Below, piece after piece: positions 37,655-47,045 of a DNA stretch of 64,000 nucleotides. The position numbers and the translations under genes are program-made. Within the stretch, counting starts at the first letter, position 1, and each line of letters starts with the position of its first letter. Source of the DNA: a bacterium (GTDB lineage Bacteria; BMS3Abin14); contig CP070719.1 in the NCBI GenBank assembly GCA_020350725.1, positions 308,999 to 372,998 of the forward strand, written 5' to 3'. The notes beneath the pieces are model-generated. The model saw only the letters and a program-made list of their open reading frames with translations, was not told where the DNA came from and ran no database searches.

Positions 37655-38284
37655 ATGGCGCGTCATAGAGTGAACATCCTGCCCTGGAGATCGACTGCCC
37701 CGAGGGTCTTCAGGACGATCCCTGCAGGCCTTGCCGCCATAGTGACCCTCTCGGTATCCATGTCCGCCTGTTCCAGGGCGCTGGTCGCACCGAGTGATCC
37801 CTCTGCGGATCTGGCAAAGGCTCAACAATACCTGGCAAGCGGGTCCTATCACCTGTCAGAGGCCTACCTGGATCCTTACCTCGAACAGGACCTGGATACC
37901 GAAACAGCATCGAAGGTCCATTTCACACTCGGGCTCGCCGTCTTCTATTCGGTCAGGGATGACCTCGAGAGGCAAAGTCAGGGGATCGGCAGGGCTATGG
38001 GCTTTCTCAGCGAGCGCCAGGTTGACGACCTCCTCGAGGCGGCAGCCCATTTCAGCGCCGCCGTTCGGCACAATCCCCTGGGCAATGAGGCGCCAGAGGC
38101 CCTCTATCTGCTGGGGGTCATCCACGATATCGGGTACCTTCAGAGGTTTGAAGAGGCCATGATCTTCTATCGCCGGTGCCTGGATGAATACCCGGACACC
38201 GAAGGTGCTCGGCGAGCGGAAGAACGGTTCAGGATCCTCGAGGAGATCTACGGGGGGATCAAAGGGACGTCGCACGGGAGATAG
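37655..38284 (+). CDS. secreted/lipoprotein TPR-like paralog of the preceding gene
   Basis: Shares motif order with 37044-37613 (HFTLGLAVFY vs YLLALALFH; LYLLGVIHDIGYLQRFEEA vs CLYFAGVIQDYGCLNHFEDA; YPDTEGARRAEERF vs YPESEYAEEARFR). Lipobox-like SACS. Confidence 0.55.
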   Translation: MARHRVNILPWRSTAPRVFRTIPAGLAAIVTLSVSMSACSRALVAPSDPSADLAKAQQYLASGSYHLSEAYLDPYLEQDLDTETASKVHFTLGLAVFYSVRDDLERQSQGIGRAMGFLSERQVDDLLEAAAHFSAAVRHNPLGNEAPEALYLLGVIHDIGYLQRFEEAMIFYRRCLDEYPDTEGARRAEERFRILEEIYGGIKGTSHGR

Positions 38285-38359
38285 ATCGGTACAAAGTGCA
38301 AAGAGCTGAGGCGGAGTGCAAAGTGCTTTGTTCCTCGTGCTTTGTCCTTCGTGCTGATT

Positions 38360-38608
38360 CTACTTCCCACGTATCCGATTGTACTTTTCCAGCAGCCCCC
38401 CTTCCGTCTCCTGACGATCGGGGTCCTGTCTGCAGACGTCCACCGGGCAGACCTCTGCGCACCGCGGTTCGGAGAAGGCCCCCACGCACTCCGAGCACAG
38501 GTCAGGGTCGATGACGTAGATCTCCTCGCCCTCCGTAATGGCATCGTTTGGGCATTCCGGTTCGCATGCTCCGCAGGCGATGCACTCGACGTCGATCTTC
38601 AGGGCCAC
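38360..38608 (-). CDS. 2x[4Fe-4S] ferredoxin
   Basis: [12 protein letters not shown] and [18 protein letters not shown] motifs. Confidence 0.8.
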   Translation of the reverse strand: MALKIDVECIACGACEPECPNDAITEGEEIYVIDPDLCSECVGAFSEPRCAEVCPVDVCRQDPDRQETEGGLLEKYNRIRGK

Positions 38609-38766
38609 GATCTTCTCCTTGAGGAAATTCCAGATCCCGGGTTGCCGGTTCCAAACAATAAATTCACAGCTAAGTACAGAATAAGTCTGCCTTGAGACGG
38701 TCAGAAGGTACCCTTCTCGGTCAGGTGAATGCTGATTTTATCACCATCACCTGATATATAAACACC

Positions 38767-39459
38767 ATGGTCGATATAGGAAAGAACCTTGACATTCTGA
38801 GACGGGGGATCGCCGCAGCGGCTGACCGGGCCGGGCGGGATCCGGGGGAGGTTCTCATTCTCGCCGTCAGCAAGACCATACCCCTCGAGGTGATCCGCGA
38901 GGCAGCTGAGGCGGGTCAGGTTCACTTCGGGGAGAACCGCGTTCAGGAAGCGAGGGATAAGATACCCCTGCTTCCTTCCGGCCTGACCTGGCACCTGGTC
39001 GGGCACCTGCAGAGCAACAAGGCCAAATACTGCCCGGATCTCTTCTCCTGGATCCACTCAATAGATTCGACGGCCCTCGCCCGGGAGGTAGCCAGACGGT
39101 ACCGGGAGAGTTCCGCTGTCTGCAGGGCCCTGATCCAGGTCAATGTGTCAGGGGAGGACGCCAAGTTCGGCTGCTCCCCCGACGAGACACCCGGCATCCT
39201 CTCGGTCCTCCTCGAGGAGGATGCGACTGAACCTGTGGGACTCATGACCATGCCGCCCTTCACGGACGATCCGGAGGATGCCCGACCCCATTTCAGGAGC
39301 TTGCGGGTCCTGAGGGACAGACTCGTCGGGGAGGGTTACCCCAAAGAGAACCTCAGGGAGCTGTCAATGGGCATGACCGGGGATTTTGAGGTCGCCGTCG
39401 AGGAGGGAGCAACCATCGTCAGGATCGGGACGGCCATCTTCGGACCGAGGGGACTTTGA
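38767..39459 (+). CDS. yggS: YggS-family pyridoxal phosphate homeostasis protein
   Basis: AVSKTIPLEVIREA (PLP-binding Lys), TIM-barrel racemase N-domain-like pattern. Confidence 0.8.
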   Translation: MVDIGKNLDILRRGIAAAADRAGRDPGEVLILAVSKTIPLEVIREAAEAGQVHFGENRVQEARDKIPLLPSGLTWHLVGHLQSNKAKYCPDLFSWIHSIDSTALAREVARRYRESSAVCRALIQVNVSGEDAKFGCSPDETPGILSVLLEEDATEPVGLMTMPPFTDDPEDARPHFRSLRVLRDRLVGEGYPKENLRELSMGMTGDFEVAVEEGATIVRIGTAIFGPRGL

Positions 39460-39968
39460 CAGTGGATGCCGGCATCACCATGTCCGCCGCCACCGTCCAC
39501 TTTAGGCTGAGCAGGTGGGACCTCTATCAGATCGTCCGTCTGACCGCTTCCCAGAGGCCCCTCAGGAGAGTGGCCCTGCCGGGCCTTGCGGGGTTCGTTT
39601 TTCTCGGCCACGCTGTGGACGGAAATTACCTCAGGGGCGCCGTCTGGGCATGTGTCGTCGCTGCCCTTTACTGGGGTATCTCAAACCTGATGTACCTGCT
39701 CTACGTCTATGGGGGCGGCAACGAAACCCTGCTGGTACCCCAGGAGATATCCCTTTTCGACGACCGGATGGTGGTCCAGAGCGAGTACTCCCGCGAGGAG
39801 TTCCCGAAACCGAGGCCCCAGGATGTGAGATCGGCCGGTAACAGCCTGATCCTTGTCCGGGACGATGGTACCCGACTCATCTTTATCAGGAGCAGCTTCG
39901 AGGACCCTGAGGGTTTCGAGCAGGTCAGGAAGTGGGCAAAGAGCCATTGGGGCAGTGCTGAGAACTAA
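39456..39968 (+). CDS. hypothetical membrane protein
   Basis: ORF overlapping the yggS stop; two hydrophobic helices. Start is uncertain: TTG at 39456 or ATG at 39480. Confidence 0.4.
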   Translation: MTVDAGITMSAATVHFRLSRWDLYQIVRLTASQRPLRRVALPGLAGFVFLGHAVDGNYLRGAVWACVVAALYWGISNLMYLLYVYGGGNETLLVPQEISLFDDRMVVQSEYSREEFPKPRPQDVRSAGNSLILVRDDGTRLIFIRSSFEDPEGFEQVRKWAKSHWGSAEN

Positions 39969-40071
39969 GTCCTGAGTCCATGAAATCCTGTAACTCGGCG
40001 CAACCGCCCGGATGAGGGGGCCCGACCCTCTCGGCGATGGATCCTCTTGCCCGTCTTCTCACTCCCGGCCC

Positions 40072-40890
40072 CTAGTCCTTACTTTTACCAAGCTCCCTCG
40101 AACGCTCCACGGCAGCCCTGACACCTGCCCTGACCGCATCCTCGAAACCCGCTTCGGCCATGGCTTTCAGGCCGGCCTCCGTGGTGCCGCCCGGCGAGGT
40201 CACCATACCGCGCAGCTCCCGGGGAGATATCTCCGTCTCCAGTATCATCTTCCCGGCACCGAGGATGGTCTGTCCGACCAGCTCAGCCGCAGCCTCTTCC
40301 GGGAGGCCGGCCGCAGTTCCCTCCCGAATGAGGACCTCGGCCAATCGGAACACGTAGGCGGGACCGCTGCCGGAAAGGCCGGTGACGGTGTCCAGGAGCG
40401 ATTCGGGGAGGACAAGGCAGGATCCTACGGAGTGAAAGATCTCCACCGCCCAGTGAGTCATTTCAGCGTTGACCCTGCTTCCCGGAACGACGACCGTGGC
40501 GCCGCATCCGATGAGAGCCGGTGTGTTGGGCATCGATCTTATGATGGGGGAGCGGGGAAGGATCTTCTCGAGGAAGGACAGGGTTGTTCCCGCGGCGATG
40601 GAGATGATCAGCTGCCTGGGTGCCGGAATCTTTCGGATCTCCGCGAGGACTTCCGGCAGGACCTGGGGTTTGGTGGCGAGGAAGATCGTTCCGCTGATCT
40701 TGACCGGGACCCGGTTGTCCTCGGTCACCCTGACACCGTAGGTCTTCGCCAGAAAGTCGCGGCGGTCGGCCCTGGGCTCGGAGATAGTGATGTTGAGGCC
40801 ATCGCAGATGCCCGCCCGGATGATCCCCCCGGCGAGGGCCTCGGCCATGTTTCCGCCTCCGATAAATCCGATTGTTTTTCGATAGCTCAT
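40072..40890 (-). CDS. proC: pyrroline-5-carboxylate reductase
   Basis: IGFIGGGNMAEAL Rossmann motif and a ProC C-terminal dimerisation domain. Confidence 0.9.
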   Translation of the reverse strand: MSYRKTIGFIGGGNMAEALAGGIIRAGICDGLNITISEPRADRRDFLAKTYGVRVTEDNRVPVKISGTIFLATKPQVLPEVLAEIRKIPAPRQLIISIAAGTTLSFLEKILPRSPIIRSMPNTPALIGCGATVVVPGSRVNAEMTHWAVEIFHSVGSCLVLPESLLDTVTGLSGSGPAYVFRLAEVLIREGTAAGLPEEAAAELVGQTILGAGKMILETEISPRELRGMVTSPGGTTEAGLKAMAEAGFEDAVRAGVRAAVERSRELGKSKD

Positions 40891-41055
40891 TGAGCACCGC
40901 CCTTTCCTCGCCGATCCCGGTCAGTTGAATATTACCTTTCACTGGAAAAGCTGTCCATCCCCGTGACGGAAGGTATGCAACTTATGGATGTTTGACATTT
41001 ATCGTTGGTAATTTTATATTTAGAGCCGATTCTTAAGGTAAAATCGGAGGTCTGT

Positions 41056-41355
41056 ATGTACGTATTCGGGAATTTCCTGGCCGCCCTTGCCAAGGTCATC
41101 GACATGCTGCTGACCATCTACATGTGGCTCATCATTATTCGGGCGCTCGCCTCCTGGTTTTCACCTGACCCCTATAATCCCATATACCAGTTCCTGTACA
41201 GGGTAACTGAGCCGGTATTGAGATACATCCGGAGATTGCTGCCCGTGCGGGCAGGCATGGTCGACCTGTCGCCCTTTGTTGCCATCCTCATTATCATTTT
41301 CCTGCAGGCAGCCGTGGTTCAGTCTCTTTATCAGTTCGCCCTCTCTCTCCGGTAG
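41056..41355 (+). CDS. yggT: YggT-family membrane protein
   Basis: GGAGG RBS. Typical YggT pattern (IDMLLTIYMWLIIIRALASWF...). Confidence 0.75.
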   Translation: MYVFGNFLAALAKVIDMLLTIYMWLIIIRALASWFSPDPYNPIYQFLYRVTEPVLRYIRRLLPVRAGMVDLSPFVAILIIIFLQAAVVQSLYQFALSLR

Positions 41356-41382
41356 GAAGTACCCAGCGAAAGGAGGTCTGAA

Positions 41383-41892
41383 ATGCGCCTTTCTCCCCTG
41401 GATATCCAGAGCCAGCAGTTCAGAGTAAAGATGAGGGGCTATGAAGCCAGGGAGGTCGATAATTTCCTTGAACTTGTAGCCGCGGAGTTCGAGGAACTCA
41501 TCCGTGAGAACAGCAAACACAAGGAGAAGCTTGTCCGGCTGACCAATCATCTCGACGAACTCCGTCAGAGGGAGCAGACCCTCAAGGAGACCATGATCAC
41601 CGCTCAGAAGGTGACCGAAGACATGAAGATCGCGGCCCGGAAAGAGGCCGAGATGATCCTCTCTGAAGCGGAGCTGAAGGCTGAGCGGATGATCGAGGAC
41701 GCCCACCGCAAGCTGGCTGCCCTGAACGACCAGATCGTCGAGATAAAGAGATTGAGAGCCCACTTTGAAACCCAGGTCCGGTCGGCAGCGGAAAGCCACC
41801 TGAAGATCCTCGAGATCTCCTCAGAGGAGATCCAGGAGGAGATGGCCCGGTCGGAGAACGTGAAGTATCTGGTCAGCAAGGACAAGGAATAG
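41383..41892 (+). CDS. divIVA: DivIVA-domain cell division protein
   Basis: MRLSPLDIQSQQFRVKMRGYEAREVDNFLELVAAEFEEL N-terminal DivIVA motif plus a coiled coil. Confidence 0.85.
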   Translation: MRLSPLDIQSQQFRVKMRGYEAREVDNFLELVAAEFEELIRENSKHKEKLVRLTNHLDELRQREQTLKETMITAQKVTEDMKIAARKEAEMILSEAELKAERMIEDAHRKLAALNDQIVEIKRLRAHFETQVRSAAESHLKILEISSEEIQEEMARSENVKYLVSKDKE

Positions 41893-42096
41893 GAAAATCC
41901 TGCTTTCGGTCGGATGGATTTCCGGCAGCCCGCCGATCGAGGACTCCTTCTTCCCGAATGACGCACCCGGATGTGCCTTTTTGAAACAGGACGCTCCGGG
42001 TGTTTCTCTCTTTCTTTTTCCTGGAACAGCGGATATCGTACCCGGAAGGGTCTGTTAGAGGGCCGGGCGGTGGGGACCGGGGGGAGGGGAGATACC

Positions 42097-42375
42097 ATGG
42101 GCCGGACGGATTCCAGGGCGCGGATCACAGTGAGGGTAAGGCCGCGTTCGTCCAGGGAGGCTGTGGAGGGATGGCAGGAGGGCATGCTTATGGTCCGCCT
42201 CACCAGCCCTCCCGTTGAGGGAGCAGCCAACAGCGCCCTGGTGAAACTCCTGGCGAAGAGGCTGGGCATTGCCACACGAAGGGTGAAGATCGTGGGGGGC
42301 GAACGATCGAAGACAAAGATCATCGAGGTTGAAGGCCTCACTCTTGACGAGGTCTCCAGGGAGCTGAATTGCTAG
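42097..42375 (+). CDS. DUF167 (YggU) family protein
   Basis: VRVRPRSSREAVEG...RLTSPPVEGAANSALVKLLAKRLGI matches the YggU pattern. Confidence 0.7.
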   Translation: MGRTDSRARITVRVRPRSSREAVEGWQEGMLMVRLTSPPVEGAANSALVKLLAKRLGIATRRVKIVGGERSKTKIIEVEGLTLDEVSRELNC

Positions 42376-43364
42376 GCCCCGGTCCCCTAAGAATCGCCGC
42401 CTTCCTGTTTCTCCTCCTGGCAATTTTCAATCCGACCGCGGCCGATCACCTCCTCGATCGGGCGGAATGGGAGGTCCTGGCCGATTTTCCCCTGGAGGTC
42501 AGGTTTCGGCACGAGCACAGGACGCTGGCCGAGGACATTCTTGGCCGGTCCAGGGTGTTCCTCGACAGGGTTTCCAACTTTCTGGGGATCCCTGTAGGGG
42601 GTCCCTACACTATCCTCATTGCCGGCAGCAGGGATGAGTTCGTGGAACTTCAGCCGGAGGCGTCCTCCGTCCCCGAGTGGGCCGGCGCTCTCACATATCC
42701 GCAGTTCGGAGTCGTCATCCTCATGACTCCAGGCGCCATGGATATTGACCCTCAGGATTTCTGGTCCCTGCTCGAGCATGAAATGGTTCACCTGGTTATG
42801 GGAGAGCAGGAGAACATCCGTCAGGCCCGGTTTCCGCGCTGGCTCAGCGAGGGGATCGCGACATATGCCTCCGGGGAGATGAGGCTGTCCCGTCTGCTTC
42901 ACCTTTCCTGGGCTCAAGTGACAAGCAGAACCATACCCTTTCGGGATCTCCTCACGGATTTCCCAAAGGATCCCGGCGAGGCCGAGGTGGCCTACGCTCA
43001 GAGCTATCTCTTCGTCCAGTATCTCGTCCGCAAATACGGTGAGGGAGCTGTTGCCACGCTGGTGGAATCGGTTCTCGAGCAGGGGGACATGGCACGGGCC
43101 GTGAATAGGTCTTTTGATGTTTCCATGGGCGAACTTCTGGACGGTTTCGACCAGTACGCCCGGGTGAAGGCGACCTGGATACCTGTGATCACCAGCTCCG
43201 CGGTCCTGTGGGGCGCTATCACCCTCCTCTTCCTCTACACTTACGCCTGGAAGAAGATGGTGGGCTATCGACGAATGAGGTACTGGGATGAGGAGGAGTC
43301 TCAGAGCAATGCCCTTTCCAACGGACAACTTAAAGAAGGTGAGGAACCGCCGACCGTTCACTAG
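42369..43364 (+). CDS. membrane-anchored HExxH zinc metallopeptidase-like protein
   Basis: N-terminal signal/TM, HEMVHL motif, C-terminal TM helix (VITSSAVLWGAITLLFLYTYAW). TTG start overlapping the upstream stop. Confidence 0.5.
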   Translation: MLGPGPLRIAAFLFLLLAIFNPTAADHLLDRAEWEVLADFPLEVRFRHEHRTLAEDILGRSRVFLDRVSNFLGIPVGGPYTILIAGSRDEFVELQPEASSVPEWAGALTYPQFGVVILMTPGAMDIDPQDFWSLLEHEMVHLVMGEQENIRQARFPRWLSEGIATYASGEMRLSRLLHLSWAQVTSRTIPFRDLLTDFPKDPGEAEVAYAQSYLFVQYLVRKYGEGAVATLVESVLEQGDMARAVNRSFDVSMGELLDGFDQYARVKATWIPVITSSAVLWGAITLLFLYTYAWKKMVGYRRMRYWDEEESQSNALSNGQLKEGEEPPTVH

Positions 43365-44616
43365 GCTCGTCGCTCTGATCCTGGCTCCGCTGCTTGTCGT
43401 TGGCCCCACGGGGCCTTCCCTGGCGGAGACTTCGTTCCGGAAGGTGGCTGTCCTCGACCCACCTCCAAACCTTCCCCCCGCGCAGGTGGCCCTCTGGCAG
43501 ACGGCAATTGCCAAGGTCCGTTCGAATCCCAGGATCCTGTTGAAGGACGAGGAAACCGTTAGGGCGATCCTCGTTGAGTGGGTCGATAAAACGGCGGCGA
43601 AGGAGGCAGAGCTTCTCTCCGAGGCCATGTCCCTCCGGGGGGCTGTGCGTCTGCAGATAGACAGGGCATGGGATCATTATTATCGTTTCGATTTTCCTGC
43701 ATCCAGGCAGGCTCTCGCCGCTGCAGAGCCAGTGCTGGACGATCTCCCTTCCACGGACATCCAGGCCGGTCTCCTGTTCGAGATCCTTCTCCTTGACGGC
43801 ATGGTCCTGAGGGCCATGAGGGACCCGGACTACCGGCAGAGCTTTCAGAGAGCGGCGTCCCTGAAGCCCGGGGCCGTTCTCGAACCGGAGAGGTATTCCC
43901 CCGACGTCATCGGGGACTTCCAGGAGGCGAAGAGAACAGTTCAAGACGGGCCGAAGGCCACCGTCTCCGTGACCGTCCCGTCCCTGGGGGGGACGGTCCT
44001 GATCGACGGCCGCCGGGCGGGGGACGTGCCCCTCTCAGGGTTTGAGACCTTTCCGGGGGTTCACTTTGTGGAGGTGGTCCATGAGGGGTTCCGGTCCCCG
44101 GCCACGAGGATCGAGCTGGCGGACTGGCAGTCGGTGAACCTGTCCTTCGATCTGACCCCTAAGGGGCCCACGGATCCGCCCCAGGCTTTCTTTGCCCAGA
44201 GAGTCTGGGCAGGAGACAGCCGGTTCTTCCGGGAGCTGGCCCGCAGACTGAACGTTGATCTCGTGGTTCTGGGAAGCTGGGACGGCAGGGACATGAGGGT
44301 GTGGCTGATCGACGGGGAGGGAATGGTCAACACTGAGGGGATGCTCTGGTCCGGGGATTCGGATAAGGGCCGGGAAGACCTCCTCTCGGACATGCTTCGC
44401 CAACCGGAGGACGAATGGGCAAGGGACGAACCGGTCATGGGGATATCGGTCAACGTACCCGAAGCGCCGGAGCAGGAAGTGGAAACGGAGGATGACCGCC
44501 TGGAGGGCCGACGCAGGAAGTGGTACCTGATCCTCGGCGGCGCTCTGCTCCTCGCCGTGGCGGCAGGGGCGATGAAGGATGAGGGAGGGGGCACGAGGGT
44601 GGAGGTGACCTGGTGA
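43309..44616 (+). CDS. secreted hypothetical protein with C-terminal TM anchor
   Basis: Signal peptide, beta-rich middle (possible PEGA-like), C-terminal WYLILGGALLLAVAAGA helix. Start is uncertain (43288 or 43309). Confidence 0.45.
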   Translation: MPFPTDNLKKVRNRRPFTRLVALILAPLLVVGPTGPSLAETSFRKVAVLDPPPNLPPAQVALWQTAIAKVRSNPRILLKDEETVRAILVEWVDKTAAKEAELLSEAMSLRGAVRLQIDRAWDHYYRFDFPASRQALAAAEPVLDDLPSTDIQAGLLFEILLLDGMVLRAMRDPDYRQSFQRAASLKPGAVLEPERYSPDVIGDFQEAKRTVQDGPKATVSVTVPSLGGTVLIDGRRAGDVPLSGFETFPGVHFVEVVHEGFRSPATRIELADWQSVNLSFDLTPKGPTDPPQAFFAQRVWAGDSRFFRELARRLNVDLVVLGSWDGRDMRVWLIDGEGMVNTEGMLWSGDSDKGREDLLSDMLRQPEDEWARDEPVMGISVNVPEAPEQEVETEDDRLEGRRRKWYLILGGALLLAVAAGAMKDEGGGTRVEVTW

Positions 44617-46016
44617 TCTCCGGCATCCGGACCAGGTTTGTGTTTCTCTCCCTGGCCGCGGCGGTCTTTCTCTCCGCATGCGGTGGTGAAGAGGAGAAGG
44701 GGAGGCTGACCGTCGGTCTGAGCCTTCCCCCCGGTTGGCAGGACAGGCTAGACATGGGCGTCCTGTCAGCGCAGGGTTCGACGCCGTACATAGGCACGGT
44801 CAGGATCAGGATAACCTGCGGAGGGGTCGAAAGTTCGTGGGAGGCCCCCTGGGCCACGAGGAGCCTCTCTCTGGACGGTTTGGATCTTAAGGGAGGATGC
44901 GACATCCTGGCCCAGGCCGTCACCGCCGGAGCCGTCATCATGGAGCGGCAGCTGATCGACGTCCGGGTCGGGGATGGGGCGGACGTGCCGCTCGATATTC
45001 AGCTCGAGGAATCCGAGGGGTTCTCCGCGGCCGGAAGCCTGATAAATCCCAGACAGTACCACTCGGCGACGCCTCTCCCCGGTGGGGTCCTGATCGTCGG
45101 CGGCACCCTGGATACGGGCGCCATCGAGAGTATCTCCGCCACCGGCAGAGCATTGGCGGCTTCCGCCTACGGCTGTTCCCTTGTTACACCCAGGACCCGC
45201 CAGAGGGTCCTCCACGACGACGCCAACGGCCAGTTGTTTGTCTTCCTCGGCGGAATGGACGACAGCCAATATGAAATAATTTCTACTGATGATGGACAAT
45301 GCTATGGATATTCAATAGAAGGAAATAGAAAGAACTTCTTTCCGGCAATATATAAGCAATCAGTATTTTTGTTTGGTGGATACGATGTAATTAATGAGTG
45401 GATCATTAACACATTAGAGATTAATTCGAATTCTTTATCCGAAAATACGGTTTTTACCATGGGCATTCCGTCACCTAGACAAAATTTGCATTGTTTGGTT
45501 TCAGGTGTTTATCTGTCTTGTTTAGGTGGGATGGATGGTTCAAATTACCTCGCTGAAGTAAGTGTTATGGACTTAGAAAATGAAGTTAATAGAACGCAGC
45601 GTAGTTTATCTAAACCAAAAACCTCATTTGGAATGACGTCCTTGTCTGATGGGAGATTTTTACTAACTGGGGGTATAAATGGAAGTGGTTTCTTAAAAGA
45701 TGTTGAAATATTTGATCCAAATAATGGTCAAGTTATCGATTTTGGTGAAGCCTTGATATACCCAAGGACACGACATTCCGCAACTCTATTGTTAAATGAT
45801 ACAGTATTAGTTGTTGGTGGATTAGAATATACCGGTCCCTCTATATCAGCAGAGATCTTCGACCCCGCAACCGGCATCTCACGGGAGCTGCCTTGGCGGA
45901 TGCGGGTGCCGAGGGTAGGCCACACGGCCACCCTCCTTCCCGACGGAAGGGTCCTGATCGTCGGTGGGAATATGGGTGATAAAACCATCGAGGTGTTCAA
46001 TCCGAGGATAGACTGA
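44613..46016 (+). CDS. Kelch-repeat beta-propeller lipoprotein (mosaic composition)
   Basis: Lipobox LSACGG. Repeated GG-x-Y/F Kelch-like units (VGGTLDTG, LGGMDDS, FGGYD, LGGMDGS, TGGINGSG, VGGLEYTG, VGGNMGDK). An internal block at 45268-45855 is strongly AT-rich but in frame. Confidence 0.7.
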   Translation: MISGIRTRFVFLSLAAAVFLSACGGEEEKGRLTVGLSLPPGWQDRLDMGVLSAQGSTPYIGTVRIRITCGGVESSWEAPWATRSLSLDGLDLKGGCDILAQAVTAGAVIMERQLIDVRVGDGADVPLDIQLEESEGFSAAGSLINPRQYHSATPLPGGVLIVGGTLDTGAIESISATGRALAASAYGCSLVTPRTRQRVLHDDANGQLFVFLGGMDDSQYEIISTDDGQCYGYSIEGNRKNFFPAIYKQSVFLFGGYDVINEWIINTLEINSNSLSENTVFTMGIPSPRQNLHCLVSGVYLSCLGGMDGSNYLAEVSVMDLENEVNRTQRSLSKPKTSFGMTSLSDGRFLLTGGINGSGFLKDVEIFDPNNGQVIDFGEALIYPRTRHSATLLLNDTVLVVGGLEYTGPSISAEIFDPATGISRELPWRMRVPRVGHTATLLPDGRVLIVGGNMGDKTIEVFNPRID

Positions 46017-46040
46017 TCCAAAATCCAAAGTCCGAAACCC

Positions 46041-46067
46041 CAAAATAAAAACCGGCCACAGGCCGGT
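46041..46067 (-). terminator. hairpin ACCGGCC-aca-GGCCGGT with T-rich tract on the minus strand (bidirectional terminator candidate)
   Basis: Located between convergent genes ending at 46016 (+) and 46147 (-). Confidence 0.55.
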
Positions 46068-46146
46068 CTCTTGTTACGTGATCCAAAATGCTTTTTTCCC
46101 GTTAGCCCGTTACCCTGTTACCCGACATCCGGCTGCCGGCCGAACG

Positions 46147-46743
46147 TCATCCCGGCGTGGACGCGCACCCGGTCGTTTTTCGGGTGTCGTCAGACGGTTC
46201 GGCTTCCTCTTCCTCCTCGGTCCTCCGAACCGTTCTCGAGTAGAGGATCTCGTCAACCTTGGCCGAGAACAGGCTCTCGTCACCGTCGTTGAACCCCTTC
46301 TTCCGGAAGAACTCATTTCCACGGCGATCGAAGATAATGATGGTGGGAATGTAATCGACACCGAGGTACTTGGGAATATCGCTGCTCGAGTCAATGAGGA
46401 TGTTGTCCAGCTGGAAATCGTAAAATTCCAGATACCTCTCGATCCTGGCCAGACCGTGACGGTCCACAAAGGCGGCCGAGACGCTTATGCTGTCCCTGTA
46501 CTTCGCCTTGAGAAGCTCCAGGGCCCTCAGTTCCTTGATGCAGGAGTAGCAGGTGGTCTCGGTGACGACCAGGAGGTTGGCCGGGGCAAGGTGCACCCTT
46601 TCGAACTCCACGCGCTCCCCGCTCAGATACTCCAGGACGGTAAAGTCAGGTTGGGTCTCGGGCCTGCCGAAGGACACCCCGATGGAAAGGGTGGAGAGGT
46701 AGAGCAGGATGATGAGAAGGGATATATTCCTGGCGATATTCAT
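46147..46743 (-). CDS. secreted thioredoxin-like (TlpA/redoxin family) protein
   Basis: Signal/TM MNIARNISLLIILLYLSTLSIGVSFG. CxxC-type motif TCYSC. Thioredoxin-fold order. Confidence 0.6.
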   Translation of the reverse strand: MNIARNISLLIILLYLSTLSIGVSFGRPETQPDFTVLEYLSGERVEFERVHLAPANLLVVTETTCYSCIKELRALELLKAKYRDSISVSAAFVDRHGLARIERYLEFYDFQLDNILIDSSSDIPKYLGVDYIPTIIIFDRRGNEFFRKKGFNDGDESLFSAKVDEILYSRTVRRTEEEEEAEPSDDTRKTTGCASTPG

Positions 46744-47045
46744 CCGGTAATTGAAAGCGGCTCCGACTAAATGTATCAGGTTTCTGTCTGCGCAGACTTC
46801 TCGTATAAGCGGTGGGCAGTGCTGACCCTTTAGCCTCTCTGTATAGTCCTACAGGGGCATCCTTGTCAAGGAAACTTGTGAAACTGGTAACATTCCCGGC
46901 CCTGTCAGCTGAGCACCGGCGATCGGGTGCTGTAAGTGAGGACCTGTCCGGGACGAGACCGGCGGGGGGAAATCGAGAAAAGCTGTACACCAGGGCTTTG
47001 TGCCCGGGGCCGGCCACGGCCATGGTGGCAGCCGGGGGTGCGGTC

